In this document: piece by piece, positions 8,517 to 17,776 of the stretch | How positions within the stretch are numbered: position 1 is the stretch's first letter | Layout: the number at the start of each line of letters is the position of its first letter | Assembly: GCA_025340205.1 (NCBI GenBank) | Contig: CP006868.1 | Span: forward strand, 390,001 to 422,000 | Direction: 5' to 3' | From: Ignicoccus pacificus DSM 13166 | GTDB lineage: Archaea; Thermoproteota; Thermoprotei_A; Sulfolobales; Ignicoccaceae | DNA: 32,000 bases | Notes under the pieces: model-generated | The model's database searches: none | What the model was told of the DNA's origin: nothing | What the model saw: only the letters and a program-made list of their open reading frames with translations | Position numbers and translations under genes: made by a program

Positions 8517-9341
8517 TCATCTTCTTCTCTTTACGAACCTAAGTAGGTCCTTCTCAAGCCACTTGGGATCGACCATGCTGCACTTCCCATCGAGCACTCC
8601 TCTTATGATCCTTTCCTCGGCACTCTTCAAGTCCCCACTTAGTAGTTCCTCCAAGTTCATTTCTATACAGTAAGGTAGGAAGTCTTTGCAGTCGCTTCTT
8701 CCGACTTCCACGCACTTCAAGTAAGCCCTAAGTTGCCTCATAACGAGGCTTTCCCCATTGTATTCCCTTCTTAATATGTTCTCAAGATAATCCTTTCTCC
8801 TTTTTCTAAGCATCTCTTCTAAGATCTTATACATAGCGAGCAAGAATTTCCTCGTAAACCAAGGTCCCTCTTTTTCGATTGTATTCCTCACGCATATTAA
8901 TAGCGGCCTCATGCAAAGGAATGAGTAGACGATGTAGCCTCCGAACATATCGTAGATGTAGTCGAAATCGATAAAGCCACGGTAGGTTAGGTAGCCTACT
9001 CTGTTCATCTCAGCGCTTGCCCCTCTTATGAAGGATGTGACGTCCAAATTGCCCTTTAGACAGTCAACTAGAAGTTCATGAGAATAATATTTACAAGCTC
9101 TATCTACGTTCTTCTTATGCTCTTGAAAATTAAATATGTCGTACACCTTTATCAATGCCTCAAATTTCATCTGCTTTAATGATATATCCAGCTCTTTCAC
9201 CATTATTGCCATTGCCACGGTAGCCGCTGCAGTAATGGTCCCCATTACTACGTCAGCTAAGCTAGGAGAAGATCTCCAAAGAGCGATCCCCAACGATATA
9301 ATTATGATCGAAAGGGTTAGAGCCAATAACTCCGCTCTCAA
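8517..9341 (-). CDS. Hypothetical membrane protein with two N-terminal TM helices and a long helical cytoplasmic region (resembles DUF4760-type proteins)
   Basis: 'LLALTLSIIIISLGIALW' and 'DVVMGTITAAATVAMAIMV' followed by a helical, charged domain. Confidence 0.6.
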   Translation of the reverse strand: MRAELLALTLSIIIISLGIALWRSSPSLADVVMGTITAAATVAMAIMVKELDISLKQMKFEALIKVYDIFNFQEHKKNVDRACKYYSHELLVDCLKGNLDVTSFIRGASAEMNRVGYLTYRGFIDFDYIYDMFGGYIVYSFLCMRPLLICVRNTIEKEGPWFTRKFLLAMYKILEEMLRKRRKDYLENILRREYNGESLVMRQLRAYLKCVEVGRSDCKDFLPYCIEMNLEELLSGDLKSAEERIIRGVLDGKCSMVDPKWLEKDLLRFVKRRR

Positions 9342-9360
9342 GGAGGACTCCTAATCTTTT

Positions 9361-9939
9361 TCATTTCCCTATCCTTAACAAGAGCTCCCCCAATCTGCTC
9401 AGCTTGTAGTACTTGTGTAAGCACCTCGTCTCCCTCTTCGCCTTCGCCTTTCTATGCTTAGCCTTGAGTACCTTCGGCTTCGTCTCGACGATTAGGCCCA
9501 GTTCAACGCACCTATCCAATAGCTCTTGAGCCTCATCCTTAGTAATTGATAACCTCTTTGCTATCATTATTAGATGTTCGTGCTCGGCTCTCTTCAAGAA
9601 CTCCAACAGCTCATAAGCCTTATCCGATCCGACGCTTTCGTTCAAGGCTTTCCTTAGGTCATCCCTCGTCCTCTTCCATGCCTCCTTCCCCTTTGAAGTC
9701 AATGTATAGTATGTGTGATGCTTCCTCACCTCGTGGCTCAGCTTGAGCTTGGCGTCGGTGTTCTTTATGGCAGATCCGCTTACCCTTTCCACATAACCTT
9801 TCCTCTCCATGTCCTCTAGGGCATCAACCACGACGGCTATGGGCACCTCCGTTACCTTTGTTATTGACTTTGCGTAGTCACATTTAGCCTTCCTTAAGTG
9901 GTAAAGTAAGTAGAGCTGAAGGGGAGTGAGGTCCACCAA
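9361..9939 (-). CDS. Archaeal winged-helix DNA-binding protein (DUF2250-like)
   Basis: 'LTPLQLYLLYHLRKAKCDYAKSITKVTEVPIAVVVDALEDMERKGYVERVSGSAIKNTDAKLKLSHEVRKHHTYYTLTSKGKEA', then a second HTH-like segment. Confidence 0.7.
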   Translation of the reverse strand: MVDLTPLQLYLLYHLRKAKCDYAKSITKVTEVPIAVVVDALEDMERKGYVERVSGSAIKNTDAKLKLSHEVRKHHTYYTLTSKGKEAWKRTRDDLRKALNESVGSDKAYELLEFLKRAEHEHLIMIAKRLSITKDEAQELLDRCVELGLIVETKPKVLKAKHRKAKAKRETRCLHKYYKLSRLGELLLRIGK

Positions 9940-9993
9940 ATATCCCTTCCTAACCCTCTAGATCCCCTCTATTAGCGTCGGAGCGAGGGGAGG

Positions 9994-10761
9994 ATGAGGA
10001 AGGGAGCGCTCTACGTTTACTCCGCCGCAGCCCTCTGGTCGACCATAGGTCCCGCCTCCCTCGGAGACCCTTGGTCGGTCTCCTTCTTCCGACTGATATT
10101 CGCTGGAATTGCTTCGGCTAGGTTCTTCAAGCCCTCGAAGGACTTGACGCTCTTAGGCTTAATAATATTTCCTTTCTACGTAAGCTACGTGCTAAGCGTA
10201 AACACGGTCGGAGTAACCTTAGCAGTAGCGATGCTCTACACAGCCCCAGCTTGGGTGTCCCTCGTGGAAAAGCTCGAGGGAAGGGGATCCATCCTTCCCG
10301 CCCTCTTAGCCTCCCTCGGAGTCTACTTGCTCACGGGAGCTCCTAAGCTCAAGGAGAACTTCCTGATAGCTCTCCTTCCCGGCTTGCTCTACGCCTCACT
10401 CATACTTTATAGCAAGAAGCTTTTGAACGAGTGGAACGAGGAGGACTTGCTTTCCGGGAACGTCTACGCTTCCGTCTTATCGCTATCATTGATTCCACTG
10501 GTCAAGCTTAACTTGAGACCTCTGCTTTCAGGGCTCTACTTGGGAGTGATCTGCTCCACCTTGGCTTACTTGCTTTTCTACAGAGGACTGAAGGAGGTGG
10601 AGGCTTGGTACGCGAGCGTGGCGGCGACGTTGGAGCCCTTGTTGGCCTCCCTCTGGGGATTCCTTTTAGGAGAAAGGATTTCCTTGATCTCTTGGGGAGG
10701 GTTTGGTCTAATCTTGCTCTCACAAGGAATAGCTTACAAGGAGGAGCTCAGTCGTACATGA
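9994..10761 (+). CDS. EamA/DMT family transporter
   Basis: 'MRKGALYVYSAAALWSTIGP...FFRLIFAGIA', 'AMLYTAPAWVSLVEKLEGRG', 'SVAATLEPLLASLWGFLLGERIS'. Confidence 0.82.
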   Translation: MRKGALYVYSAAALWSTIGPASLGDPWSVSFFRLIFAGIASARFFKPSKDLTLLGLIIFPFYVSYVLSVNTVGVTLAVAMLYTAPAWVSLVEKLEGRGSILPALLASLGVYLLTGAPKLKENFLIALLPGLLYASLILYSKKLLNEWNEEDLLSGNVYASVLSLSLIPLVKLNLRPLLSGLYLGVICSTLAYLLFYRGLKEVEAWYASVAATLEPLLASLWGFLLGERISLISWGGFGLILLSQGIAYKEELSRT

Positions 10762-11698
10762 GTCTTGGATCGTCCCAGTACTCGCTCACGTCGCAAGCGT
10801 CCTCCCCGAGGAAACTCTTAACCTTCAGCGTGCCGTCATTATCTATTATTATCAAGTTTGAGTCGTACCTTCCCCTTTCGCAGAGTTTCTGGAAGCTCAT
10901 CTTGATTACCTCCAGCGATTGGGTTGTCATAGTTACCTTCTTCCTCGACTCTACCATCCACTCTAACGCCTTATCCAACAGCTCAGGGTGCATGGCCGTC
11001 TCTAACTCGTCTATGAACAAGTGGTTTATCTCTGGGGAACTCAAGTATATCTTCAAGGCAAAGGCCCTCTGAAGCCCTCTTCCGGCGGAGTAGAAGCAGT
11101 ACTCCTTCTCCCTATCCTTTCTAACCTCCTTGACGAATATCGCGTCCTCTCCCCAAGGGTTCTTCCTTAAAACAAGCTCGTAGGTTACGTCACTCAAGCT
11201 TATCTTGAGATCCTTCACCTTACCTATCTCCGGTAAGGTATACTTCGCTACCCCCTCTATGGTCTCGAGGGGAATTATGCAAGGAGTTAAGACAGCCAAG
11301 CCCTTCTTATTATTATCATCGCATCCCTCGAACTCATGCTTTATTCCCTCCTTGGTAACGTCTATTCTTAAGGCACATCCGTTTGAAGCCTTGAAGGTCA
11401 GAAGCGCCCCCTTCTCGTTTATTTCCTTTTTCAAATCGACCCACTTCCCTCCTAACTCTATCCTGGCCCTATCGTTGGGAAGGGAGGAGATCAAGGATCT
11501 CCTTAGATCTCCCCTAGCTGCAAAGAGAACCAAGTAGATGGGGAAGGAGCCCGGCGCCTCGTGGAGGAGGGTTAGGGTGGCGTAAGCTTCCAGTATGGTA
11601 CTCTTCCCGCTACCGTTCGGGCCCACGAGAACGTTGAAGTCGCTGATCGGAAGTTCTCCCTTAATCCCCCTGAAGCCTTCTATTTTCAGGCTGTCCAT
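10748..11698 (-). CDS. AAA-type ATPase of the RecF/SMC-like ABC superfamily
   Basis: 'MDSLKIEGFRGIKGELPISDFNVLVGPNGSGKSTILEAYATL' (Walker A) and 'NHLFIDELETAMHPELLDKALEWM' (Walker B and D-loop). Confidence 0.85.
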   Translation of the reverse strand: MDSLKIEGFRGIKGELPISDFNVLVGPNGSGKSTILEAYATLTLLHEAPGSFPIYLVLFAARGDLRRSLISSLPNDRARIELGGKWVDLKKEINEKGALLTFKASNGCALRIDVTKEGIKHEFEGCDDNNKKGLAVLTPCIIPLETIEGVAKYTLPEIGKVKDLKISLSDVTYELVLRKNPWGEDAIFVKEVRKDREKEYCFYSAGRGLQRAFALKIYLSSPEINHLFIDELETAMHPELLDKALEWMVESRKKVTMTTQSLEVIKMSFQKLCERGRYDSNLIIIDNDGTLKVKSFLGEDACDVSEYWDDPRLMYD

Positions 11699-11958
11699 AG
11701 TTTCCTTTTCACCGATTGCACTGAGGAACCGAGGTAGAATACGGAAGGCGTTGAGATGGGTTGCATTACTTCTATAAAAATTGGCGCTCTGTTTTGTGCT
11801 ACAGAATAATTAACGGCGTACAAGCCTTCGCTAGGAGCCCTTTCGTGCCTTATATCCTCTCCTCTGGATCCTTTGAGTTGGCACCTAACCGTTTTGACGA
11901 TGAACCTTACCTACCCACCTAAATTCCTCGTACCTTCAACTCTTACAAGGGGACGGAA

Positions 11959-12672
11959 TTGGCTTACAGAGCGATAATAGACGGCTTTGAATTCATCCTG
12001 GACGAGGGTATAGCGATCACTCCCAAGGGAGTGATCGAAGGGACTCCGAGGACCTTTGGAGAGCTCGGGGACGTCATGGTCAAGAAGGGGGAGGAGGGGA
12101 AGGTAGCTTACTGGATGTTTAGAGACGTGCTACCGGTTCCCGTGGGAGGGCTTAGAGGAGACGTGACCTTGGTCCTTCCCGGAAGACTTCCTTCTGGAGA
12201 GTTCATCAAGACCCACGGTCACTACCACCCGGAAGGCCCTTGGGGGAGGTGGCCGGAGCTCTACGGAGTGGTCAAGGGAGAGGTCCTCTTCATACTCCAA
12301 GACCTCAAGGGAAGGAGGGTCATGCTGGTTCCAGTTAGAGAAGGAGAGCTGATTATGGTTCCTCCCGGTTACGGACACGTAATGGTAAACCATAAGGATG
12401 AAGCGGCCATAACCTTCAACTACGTGAGCAGACTCTTCAGCTCCGTTTACGGCCCCTACAAGGAGAAGAAGGGGGCTTCCGTTTACGTCTATCCTTCCGA
12501 GGAGGGCTTTAGGGTAGTTAGAAACCCGAACTACGAGGTCGAGGAGGTGCTCTGGTGCAAGCCCCTTCCATTATACATAAAGGAGCCGATCCTCCACTTG
12601 GCCTTCAAGCCCCATGAAGAGGAGTGGTTTAAGTGCGAGGAGCGCTTAAGGGTTGAAGACTTTCCTCGCTAA
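11959..12672 (+). CDS. Cupin-type archaeal glucose-6-phosphate isomerase-like protein
   Basis: 'IKTHGHYHPEGPWGRWPELYGVVKGEVLFILQDLKGRRVMLVPVREGELIMVPPGYGHVMVN' matches the metal-binding cupin motifs. The in-frame start is TTG; no upstream start is available in frame. Confidence 0.75.
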   Translation: MAYRAIIDGFEFILDEGIAITPKGVIEGTPRTFGELGDVMVKKGEEGKVAYWMFRDVLPVPVGGLRGDVTLVLPGRLPSGEFIKTHGHYHPEGPWGRWPELYGVVKGEVLFILQDLKGRRVMLVPVREGELIMVPPGYGHVMVNHKDEAAITFNYVSRLFSSVYGPYKEKKGASVYVYPSEEGFRVVRNPNYEVEEVLWCKPLPLYIKEPILHLAFKPHEEEWFKCEERLRVEDFPR

Positions 12673-12711
12673 TATTACCCTCTCCTCCCCTTCCTCCCGG
12701 GGATCTTTCCT

Positions 12712-13941
12712 TTGGAAGACCTCGATAAGTACGTTGAGATGTTGGAGAAGGGCGAGATAAGCCTTAGCCAGCTCGATAAGCTCTTGGGCAATGCAAATCT
12801 AGCCGCATTGGTCAGGAGGAGGTTCTTGGAGAAGAGGACCGGGAAGGTGTTCTCCGCAATTGCCTCTACCTTGTTAGACTTCGAGGAGCTCGTGGGAAGG
12901 AATATAGAGAATCCCATAGGAGCCGTTCAAATTCCCTTGGGAGTAGCTGGCCCCCTTAAGGTCGAGGGAGACTACGCTAAGGGGGAGTACTTCGTTCCTC
13001 TGGCAACCCATGAAGGAGCTTTGGTTGCCTCTATTAATAGAGGATGCAAGGGGATAACCCTCTCGGGAGGCGCCAAGGCGAAGGTAATCAAGGACGGAAT
13101 GGCTAGGGCCCCAGTCTTCGAGGTTCCCGATATTAAGACCGCCTACGAGCTGGTGGAGTGGGTCAAGGAGCACTTCGATGAGATAAAGAGAGAAGCCGAG
13201 AGCACTACCAGGCACGGAAAGCTCAAGGAGATACAGCCGTTCATACTTGGCAACAACGTGTGGCTAAGGTTCGTCTACTTCACCGGAGATGCTATGGGAA
13301 TGAACATGGCTACTATTGCAACAGATAAAGCTTGTGAATACATAGAGAAGGAGTTCGGAAAGGCAAAGTGCTTGGCGTTATCCGGGAACATGTGCGTCGA
13401 CAAGAAGCCTGCTCACTTGAACGTGCTCTTGGGAAGGGGAAAGACCGTGGTGGCTGAAGCGGTAATCAAGAAGGAAGTGCTGGAGAAGGTGTTCAAGACT
13501 GATGCGAAGACTGTTCATGAGGTCAACTTGAAGAAGAACTTGCTCGGGAGCGCCTACGCCGGCTCCTACTCCTTCAACGCGCACTTCGCTAACATAATTG
13601 CCGCTATCTTCTTGGCAACCGGTCAAGACGCGGCTCAAGTGGTCGAGAGCTCGATGGGCTTCACCCATACCGAGGTCAGAGGAGAGGACCTCTACATCTC
13701 GGTGACCCTTCCAAGTCTAGAGATAGGAACCGTGGGAGGGGGCACAAGGCTACCCACCCAGAGGGAGGCCTTGGAGATCTTGGGAGTGGCAGGAGGAGGC
13801 GATCCTCCCGGAACTAACGCCTTGAAGTTCGCCGAGATAGTGGCCTCAGCCGTCTTGGCAGGGGAGCTGAACTTGCTAGCTGCTCTAGCAGCTAGGCAGT
13901 TAGCGAAGGCCCACGAGAGGCTCGGAAGGGGAAAGAAGTAG
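12712..13941 (+). CDS. hmgA: Hydroxymethylglutaryl-CoA reductase
   Basis: '[19 protein letters not shown]', '[22 protein letters not shown]', 'GDAMGMNM', '[24 protein letters not shown]', '[16 protein letters not shown]'. Confidence 0.97.
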   Translation: MEDLDKYVEMLEKGEISLSQLDKLLGNANLAALVRRRFLEKRTGKVFSAIASTLLDFEELVGRNIENPIGAVQIPLGVAGPLKVEGDYAKGEYFVPLATHEGALVASINRGCKGITLSGGAKAKVIKDGMARAPVFEVPDIKTAYELVEWVKEHFDEIKREAESTTRHGKLKEIQPFILGNNVWLRFVYFTGDAMGMNMATIATDKACEYIEKEFGKAKCLALSGNMCVDKKPAHLNVLLGRGKTVVAEAVIKKEVLEKVFKTDAKTVHEVNLKKNLLGSAYAGSYSFNAHFANIIAAIFLATGQDAAQVVESSMGFTHTEVRGEDLYISVTLPSLEIGTVGGGTRLPTQREALEILGVAGGGDPPGTNALKFAEIVASAVLAGELNLLAALAARQLAKAHERLGRGKK

Positions 13942-13962
13942 TTTTAGACACTCCTAAAGTTC

Positions 13963-14709
13963 GTGAAGCGGTACAGCGAAGTGCTATGGATCGAAGGAGC
14001 TCTAGCGGGACTGCTGAGCGGTCTGGTGGCGGCCCTTTTCGGCATTGGAGGAGGAGCTGTAGCAATACCAATAATGATATTCCTCCTGGGAATACCTCCC
14101 TCCTACGCCGTAGGCACGAACTCGGTAATAATAATAGCAAGCACTTCCCTCTCGGCCTTATTTCACATGAGACAAGGAACGCTTAGGAAAGAGGGTATCT
14201 ACTTGGGAATAGGGGGAGCTATAGGGTCCCTCATAGGCAACTGGCTCTTCTTCTTAGCAGCCAAAAGTGGTTTAATGGAAAAGGTATTAGCAATATTATT
14301 CATATTAGTTGCTATAATGATGCTCTTGAGTCCTAGGGGAAGGAAGAAGGAAGTGCCCCCGAAGGACAAGCTCTTCCTCTCCGGCCTGGCCCTTGGAGTG
14401 TTCGCCGGTCTGGCTGGAATGAGCGGGGGAATATTCATCAATCCTCTCTTGGTCTTACTCTTCGACTTGGACATAAAGCTTGCTATAGGATTAAGCGTCG
14501 CAGCAATACCAATAACGTCCCTAGTCTCAGCCATCCCCAAGGTCATGTGGGGATACGTTCTCTGGCCTGTAGCGATAAGCTTCATTCCGGGAATAATAAT
14601 CGGGAGCAGGATAGGGGCTAAGCTCATGAAGAGGTGGAGCTCGAAGGTGTTGAGGAAGCTGTTCTCCATATTGATGATATTACTGGGTCTGAAACTCTGG
14701 TTTAAGTGA
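13963..14709 (+). CDS. TauE/SafE (DUF81) family permease
   Basis: 'GLVAALFGIGGGAVAIPIMIFLLGIPPSYAVGTNSVIIIASTSLSALFHMRQG' and the second repeat 'GVFAGLAGMSGGIFINPLLVLLFDLDIKLAIGLSVAAIPITSLVSA'. Confidence 0.88.
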   Translation: MKRYSEVLWIEGALAGLLSGLVAALFGIGGGAVAIPIMIFLLGIPPSYAVGTNSVIIIASTSLSALFHMRQGTLRKEGIYLGIGGAIGSLIGNWLFFLAAKSGLMEKVLAILFILVAIMMLLSPRGRKKEVPPKDKLFLSGLALGVFAGLAGMSGGIFINPLLVLLFDLDIKLAIGLSVAAIPITSLVSAIPKVMWGYVLWPVAISFIPGIIIGSRIGAKLMKRWSSKVLRKLFSILMILLGLKLWFK

Positions 14710-15155
14710 TCGAACCGGAATGAATAACGGTATTACTATTTCGTATCCTGAGAAGGTCGTCTTCTATGGATCTTTTTAAGTCAACTGCTTTCAAAGATCA
14801 CCATCACTACTTTCATTCCTTATTATTTACACTTCTCAATGATCACACATTAGGACATTTATGGTCTCCTTTCTTCCCTTCACCTTGAGCTCTACTCGTC
14901 TTTGAATATGAATTCTTCAATTCATTTGAAGACCAAGCAATTCTTTCCATTATCACATACATGGGAACGCCGATGATAATAAACTCATTCGTTTGACTAT
15001 TAGTTCCAATTAGGTAATTCTAATTGATTAAAGTAAAGCAAAACTGTTCTCATGAAAGCTTAAGTATTCAGGGTTATTAAGGCAGACAAATCAAGGCAAT
15101 GGGAAAGGAATGGCTTATTAGCTAATGGAAGAGCTAGTTAAATAGGAGAGTCACG

Positions 15156-15947
15156 GAAGAGTCACAATAGTGAATGGAAAGAGTTTGCCCAGGCCCAGCC
15201 CGAAATTGATGTGGATGCCGCCTTGAAGAGTCACAATAGTGAATGGAAAGACTCTATCACGGCTTCGATTAGCTTCTCGCTAGTCATTTCAGAAGAGTCA
15301 CAATAGTGAATGGAAAGTTGGAGGAGAAAAATAGGTGCTTCGAAGATACAGACGAACCCGGGAAGAGTCACAATAGTGAATGGAAAGTATTGGCATAATT
15401 CCCTTCCAAATGCATTCATCTTGGTAGTCAGAAGAGTCACAATAGTGAATGGAAAGCGAACTTGAAGTGGCCGAGCGAGTCCTTGTAGGCCACGAGGAAG
15501 CGCTGAAGAGTCACAATAGTGAATGGAAAGTACGGATGATACGGAGACGGACGGCTTGTCCTCGCCTTCGACGTACGAAGAGTCACAATAGTGAATGGAA
15601 AGCCTGAAGAAGTAGGCATCGGTCTTGTTTTCCTTGTATTCGACCTGAAGAGTCACAATAGTGAATGGAAAGTAGCTCGCTAGCGTAAGGAACGTCTTCG
15701 GGAAGCTCAGAAGAGTCACAATAGTGAATGGAAAGCACATTTTTGCCGTTTCGAACTGCCTAATGCAGAAGCCCAAGTTTGGAAGAGTCACAATAGTGAA
15801 TGGAAAGACTCGTCCCTCTCAATTAGGCGTTCGTAAATGATTTTGGCCAGAAGAGTTACAAGAGTGAATAGAAAGGATAATAAAGTTCCTGGAGGGGATA
15901 GGGGCGAGCCTAGCCAACTTGGGAGAGTTACAATAGTGAATGGAAAA
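15156..15947 (+). CRISPR. CRISPR array, consensus repeat GAAGAGTCACAATAGTGAATGGAAAG (26 nt); 10 identical repeats plus degenerate distal repeats
   Basis: Identical repeats start at 15156, 15225, 15292, 15362, 15431, 15505, 15577, 15647, 15710 and 15782, separated by unique 37-48 nt spacers. Degenerate copies are at 15850 and 15922, with further decayed ones at about 15965 and 16035. The repeat contains a TCAC-aata-GTGA hairpin and an archaeal-type GAAAG end. Confidence 0.98.
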
Positions 15948-15964
15948 GAACTCTCGGCTCCTAT

Positions 15965-16060
15965 GAGAACTCACAAAAAGTGAATAGAAAGATCTAAAAT
16001 ATCGTCTCTGATACTGTCGAGTAGGGACATCTAAGAAGAAGTTATGATAATAAATAGAAA
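15965..16060 (+). repeat. Heavily decayed CRISPR repeats beyond the recognisable array
   Basis: 'gagaactcacaaaaagtgaatagaaag' (15965-15991) and 'gaagaagttatgataataaatagaaa' (16035-16060), separated by a normal 43-nt interval. Confidence 0.6.
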
Positions 16061-16229
16061 TTAGCTATGGATCACGAAGTCTCTTGCCAGTACCCTTATC
16101 AATATCCTCTATGGTACAGAATCGCAAGATTCTCCCCTTTCTTGGATAAGGAGAGTTAAGCTGATACAAGAAGGGTTTCGTGTTATTACGTGGAAATATA
16201 TCCACCTAAAATTGAAGATATTTCAGTGC

Positions 16230-16526
16230 TCAAGGTCTTGGAGACTTCACATAGACTCCCTTCTTTCCCTCCCTCTCGATCTCCTCCTTTCTAGGAACCA
16301 AGTAAAGCCAGCTCTCCCCTAAGGTCTCTCCCGGTTTGTCGGGCCTTGAGGGGTTGAGGGCCTCTGAGGGGGTGTACATAGGTTCAAAACCCTCTATCTC
16401 TTCATCCTCGAGGAGTTTTTGGAATAGTTCAACCATCTCGTCCAAGTCCTTCTGAAGCCTCTCGATTTCCCCCTCACTCATCTTTATCTTTGCTAAAGCT
16501 ATAGCCTTCCTCGCGTCAACCTTCAC
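16230..16526 (-). CDS. gatC: Glu-tRNA(Gln)/Asp-tRNA(Asn) amidotransferase subunit C
   Basis: 'ARKAIALAKIKMSEGEIERLQKDLDEMVELFQKLLEDEEIEGFEPMYTP'. Confidence 0.75.
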   Translation of the reverse strand: MKVDARKAIALAKIKMSEGEIERLQKDLDEMVELFQKLLEDEEIEGFEPMYTPSEALNPSRPDKPGETLGESWLYLVPRKEEIEREGKKGVYVKSPRP

Positions 16527-16836
16527 CTTGGCACACCTCCTTCGCCCACTTCAAGTACTCCGGGAGGACCCTATCCGCCTTCACTCCTATGATCTCTGGA
16601 ACCTCGTAGGGATGGTTCTTCCTTACGAACTCCGTGAGCTCGTCGACCTTTTCCTCTGGGACCTTAGCTACTAACAGTACTTCCTTGTCTTCCTGCATCT
16701 CATTTTTCCAAATGTAGTAGCTCTTAATGCCCGGAACTATCCAGATGCAAGCCGCCAGCCTCTTGGCTATGGCCTCCTTCGCCACCTTCTCCGCGCTCTC
16801 CTCGTCGGGGAAGGTGCTAAAGATGACGTACAGCAA
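16516..16836 (-). CDS. cutA: CutA1 divalent-cation tolerance family protein
   Basis: 'VIFSTFPDEESAEKVAKEAIAKRLAACIWIVPGIKSYYIWKNEMQEDKEVLLVAKV...HPYEVPEIIGVKAD'. Confidence 0.95.
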   Translation of the reverse strand: MLYVIFSTFPDEESAEKVAKEAIAKRLAACIWIVPGIKSYYIWKNEMQEDKEVLLVAKVPEEKVDELTEFVRKNHPYEVPEIIGVKADRVLPEYLKWAKEVCQGEG

Positions 16837-16912
16837 ACGCCCACCGATAGGAGGAGGGAGGGACTAGTAATAGGAGTTTTGAAGGTCTGCTCCCTAACCG
16901 AGTGGGGAGAGC

Positions 16913-17134
16913 TTGTTCAGATTAGAGGCTCCTAAAGAGCAGTTCGAGAGGCTGAAGGAGGAGTTCAAGGATTTGTACAAGAGGACCTACGGGAGGGAGA
17001 TAAGTGACGAGGAGCTGCTGGAAGTATTAGATGGGAAGAAGGAGATAATTCCGATGACCTACAACATAGCCAAGGCGCTGGAGGAGCTGGCAGATGTATA
17101 CTGGAGGCTCAGGGCCATGGGAATAAAGCTCTGA
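16913..17134 (+). CDS. Hypothetical small protein
   Basis: 73 aa, highly charged and helical, coding-like composition. Confidence 0.5.
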   Translation: MFRLEAPKEQFERLKEEFKDLYKRTYGREISDEELLEVLDGKKEIIPMTYNIAKALEELADVYWRLRAMGIKL

Positions 17135-17161
17135 GCACCTCTTTAAAGTCCCCTTACCTTC

Positions 17162-17614
17162 TCACTTCAGCTCCTTCTTCATTAGATAAGCGTCTTCTCC
17201 CCATGGATAGTAATTCTTCAAGACCTTGATTTTCTCAAAGCCCTCGCTCTCGTAGAGCCTTATCGCTGGATAGTTTATCGTCGATACTTCTAGCACTATC
17301 GCCTTTAGACCTTTCTTCCTTGCCAGCTTTTCGAGAACCCTAAGCATCAGCCTCCCTATTCCCTGACCCCTGTAGCTAGGGTCTACAGCGAAGTTGAGGA
17401 GGTGCAAAGCCCTTCCCTCCGGAAGGACCTTTATCGCCGCTATAGCGTATCCGACCACCTTGTTTCCGACAACTGCAACCAAGCTGGTGTCTGAGTGCAA
17501 TATCACTTGAGAGAGTATCACCGACTGCGGGAAGGGGTGCTCAAAGGAAAGCCTTTCTATTTCGTAGAGCCTTCCGACGTCGAATATCGAAGGGTGCCTA
17601 AAGCGCACCTTCAA
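17162..17614 (-). CDS. rimI: GNAT N-acetyltransferase, archaeal RimI/Ard1-like
   Basis: 'IYEIERLSFEHPFP'-type N-terminus, 'LLNFAVDPSYRGQGIGRLMLRVLEKLARKKGLKAIVLEVSTINYPAIRLYESEGFEKIKVLKNYY'. Confidence 0.9.
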   Translation of the reverse strand: MKVRFRHPSIFDVGRLYEIERLSFEHPFPQSVILSQVILHSDTSLVAVVGNKVVGYAIAAIKVLPEGRALHLLNFAVDPSYRGQGIGRLMLRVLEKLARKKGLKAIVLEVSTINYPAIRLYESEGFEKIKVLKNYYPWGEDAYLMKKELK

Positions 17615-17776
17615 CTCTCTACCCGATCTAGCGGGTCGAGGGGGCGTTTGAGCTGAGCGTTTCTTCTATGCACATTCCCTTAATTGTTTTATTCCTAACT
17701 CTTCTTTGAATCATAGAGAGATCGGCTCGAAGATAAAGCATTAAGACTGACTTAACGGAAGAAGAAGTAGGGCCCC

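Noticed and set aside
12130-13668. Several 80-113 aa minus-strand ORFs over the isomerase and HMG-CoA reductase genes
   Set aside because: Shadow ORFs antisense to strongly supported coding sequences, favoured by low stop frequency on the complement.
15231-15791. 186-aa ORF and the antisense 60-aa ORF 15437-15619, containing repeated 'FPFTIVTL'/'SIHYCDSS'
   Set aside because: These are translations of the CRISPR repeat (reverse complement); the periodic peptide comes from 26-nt repeats, not from a protein.
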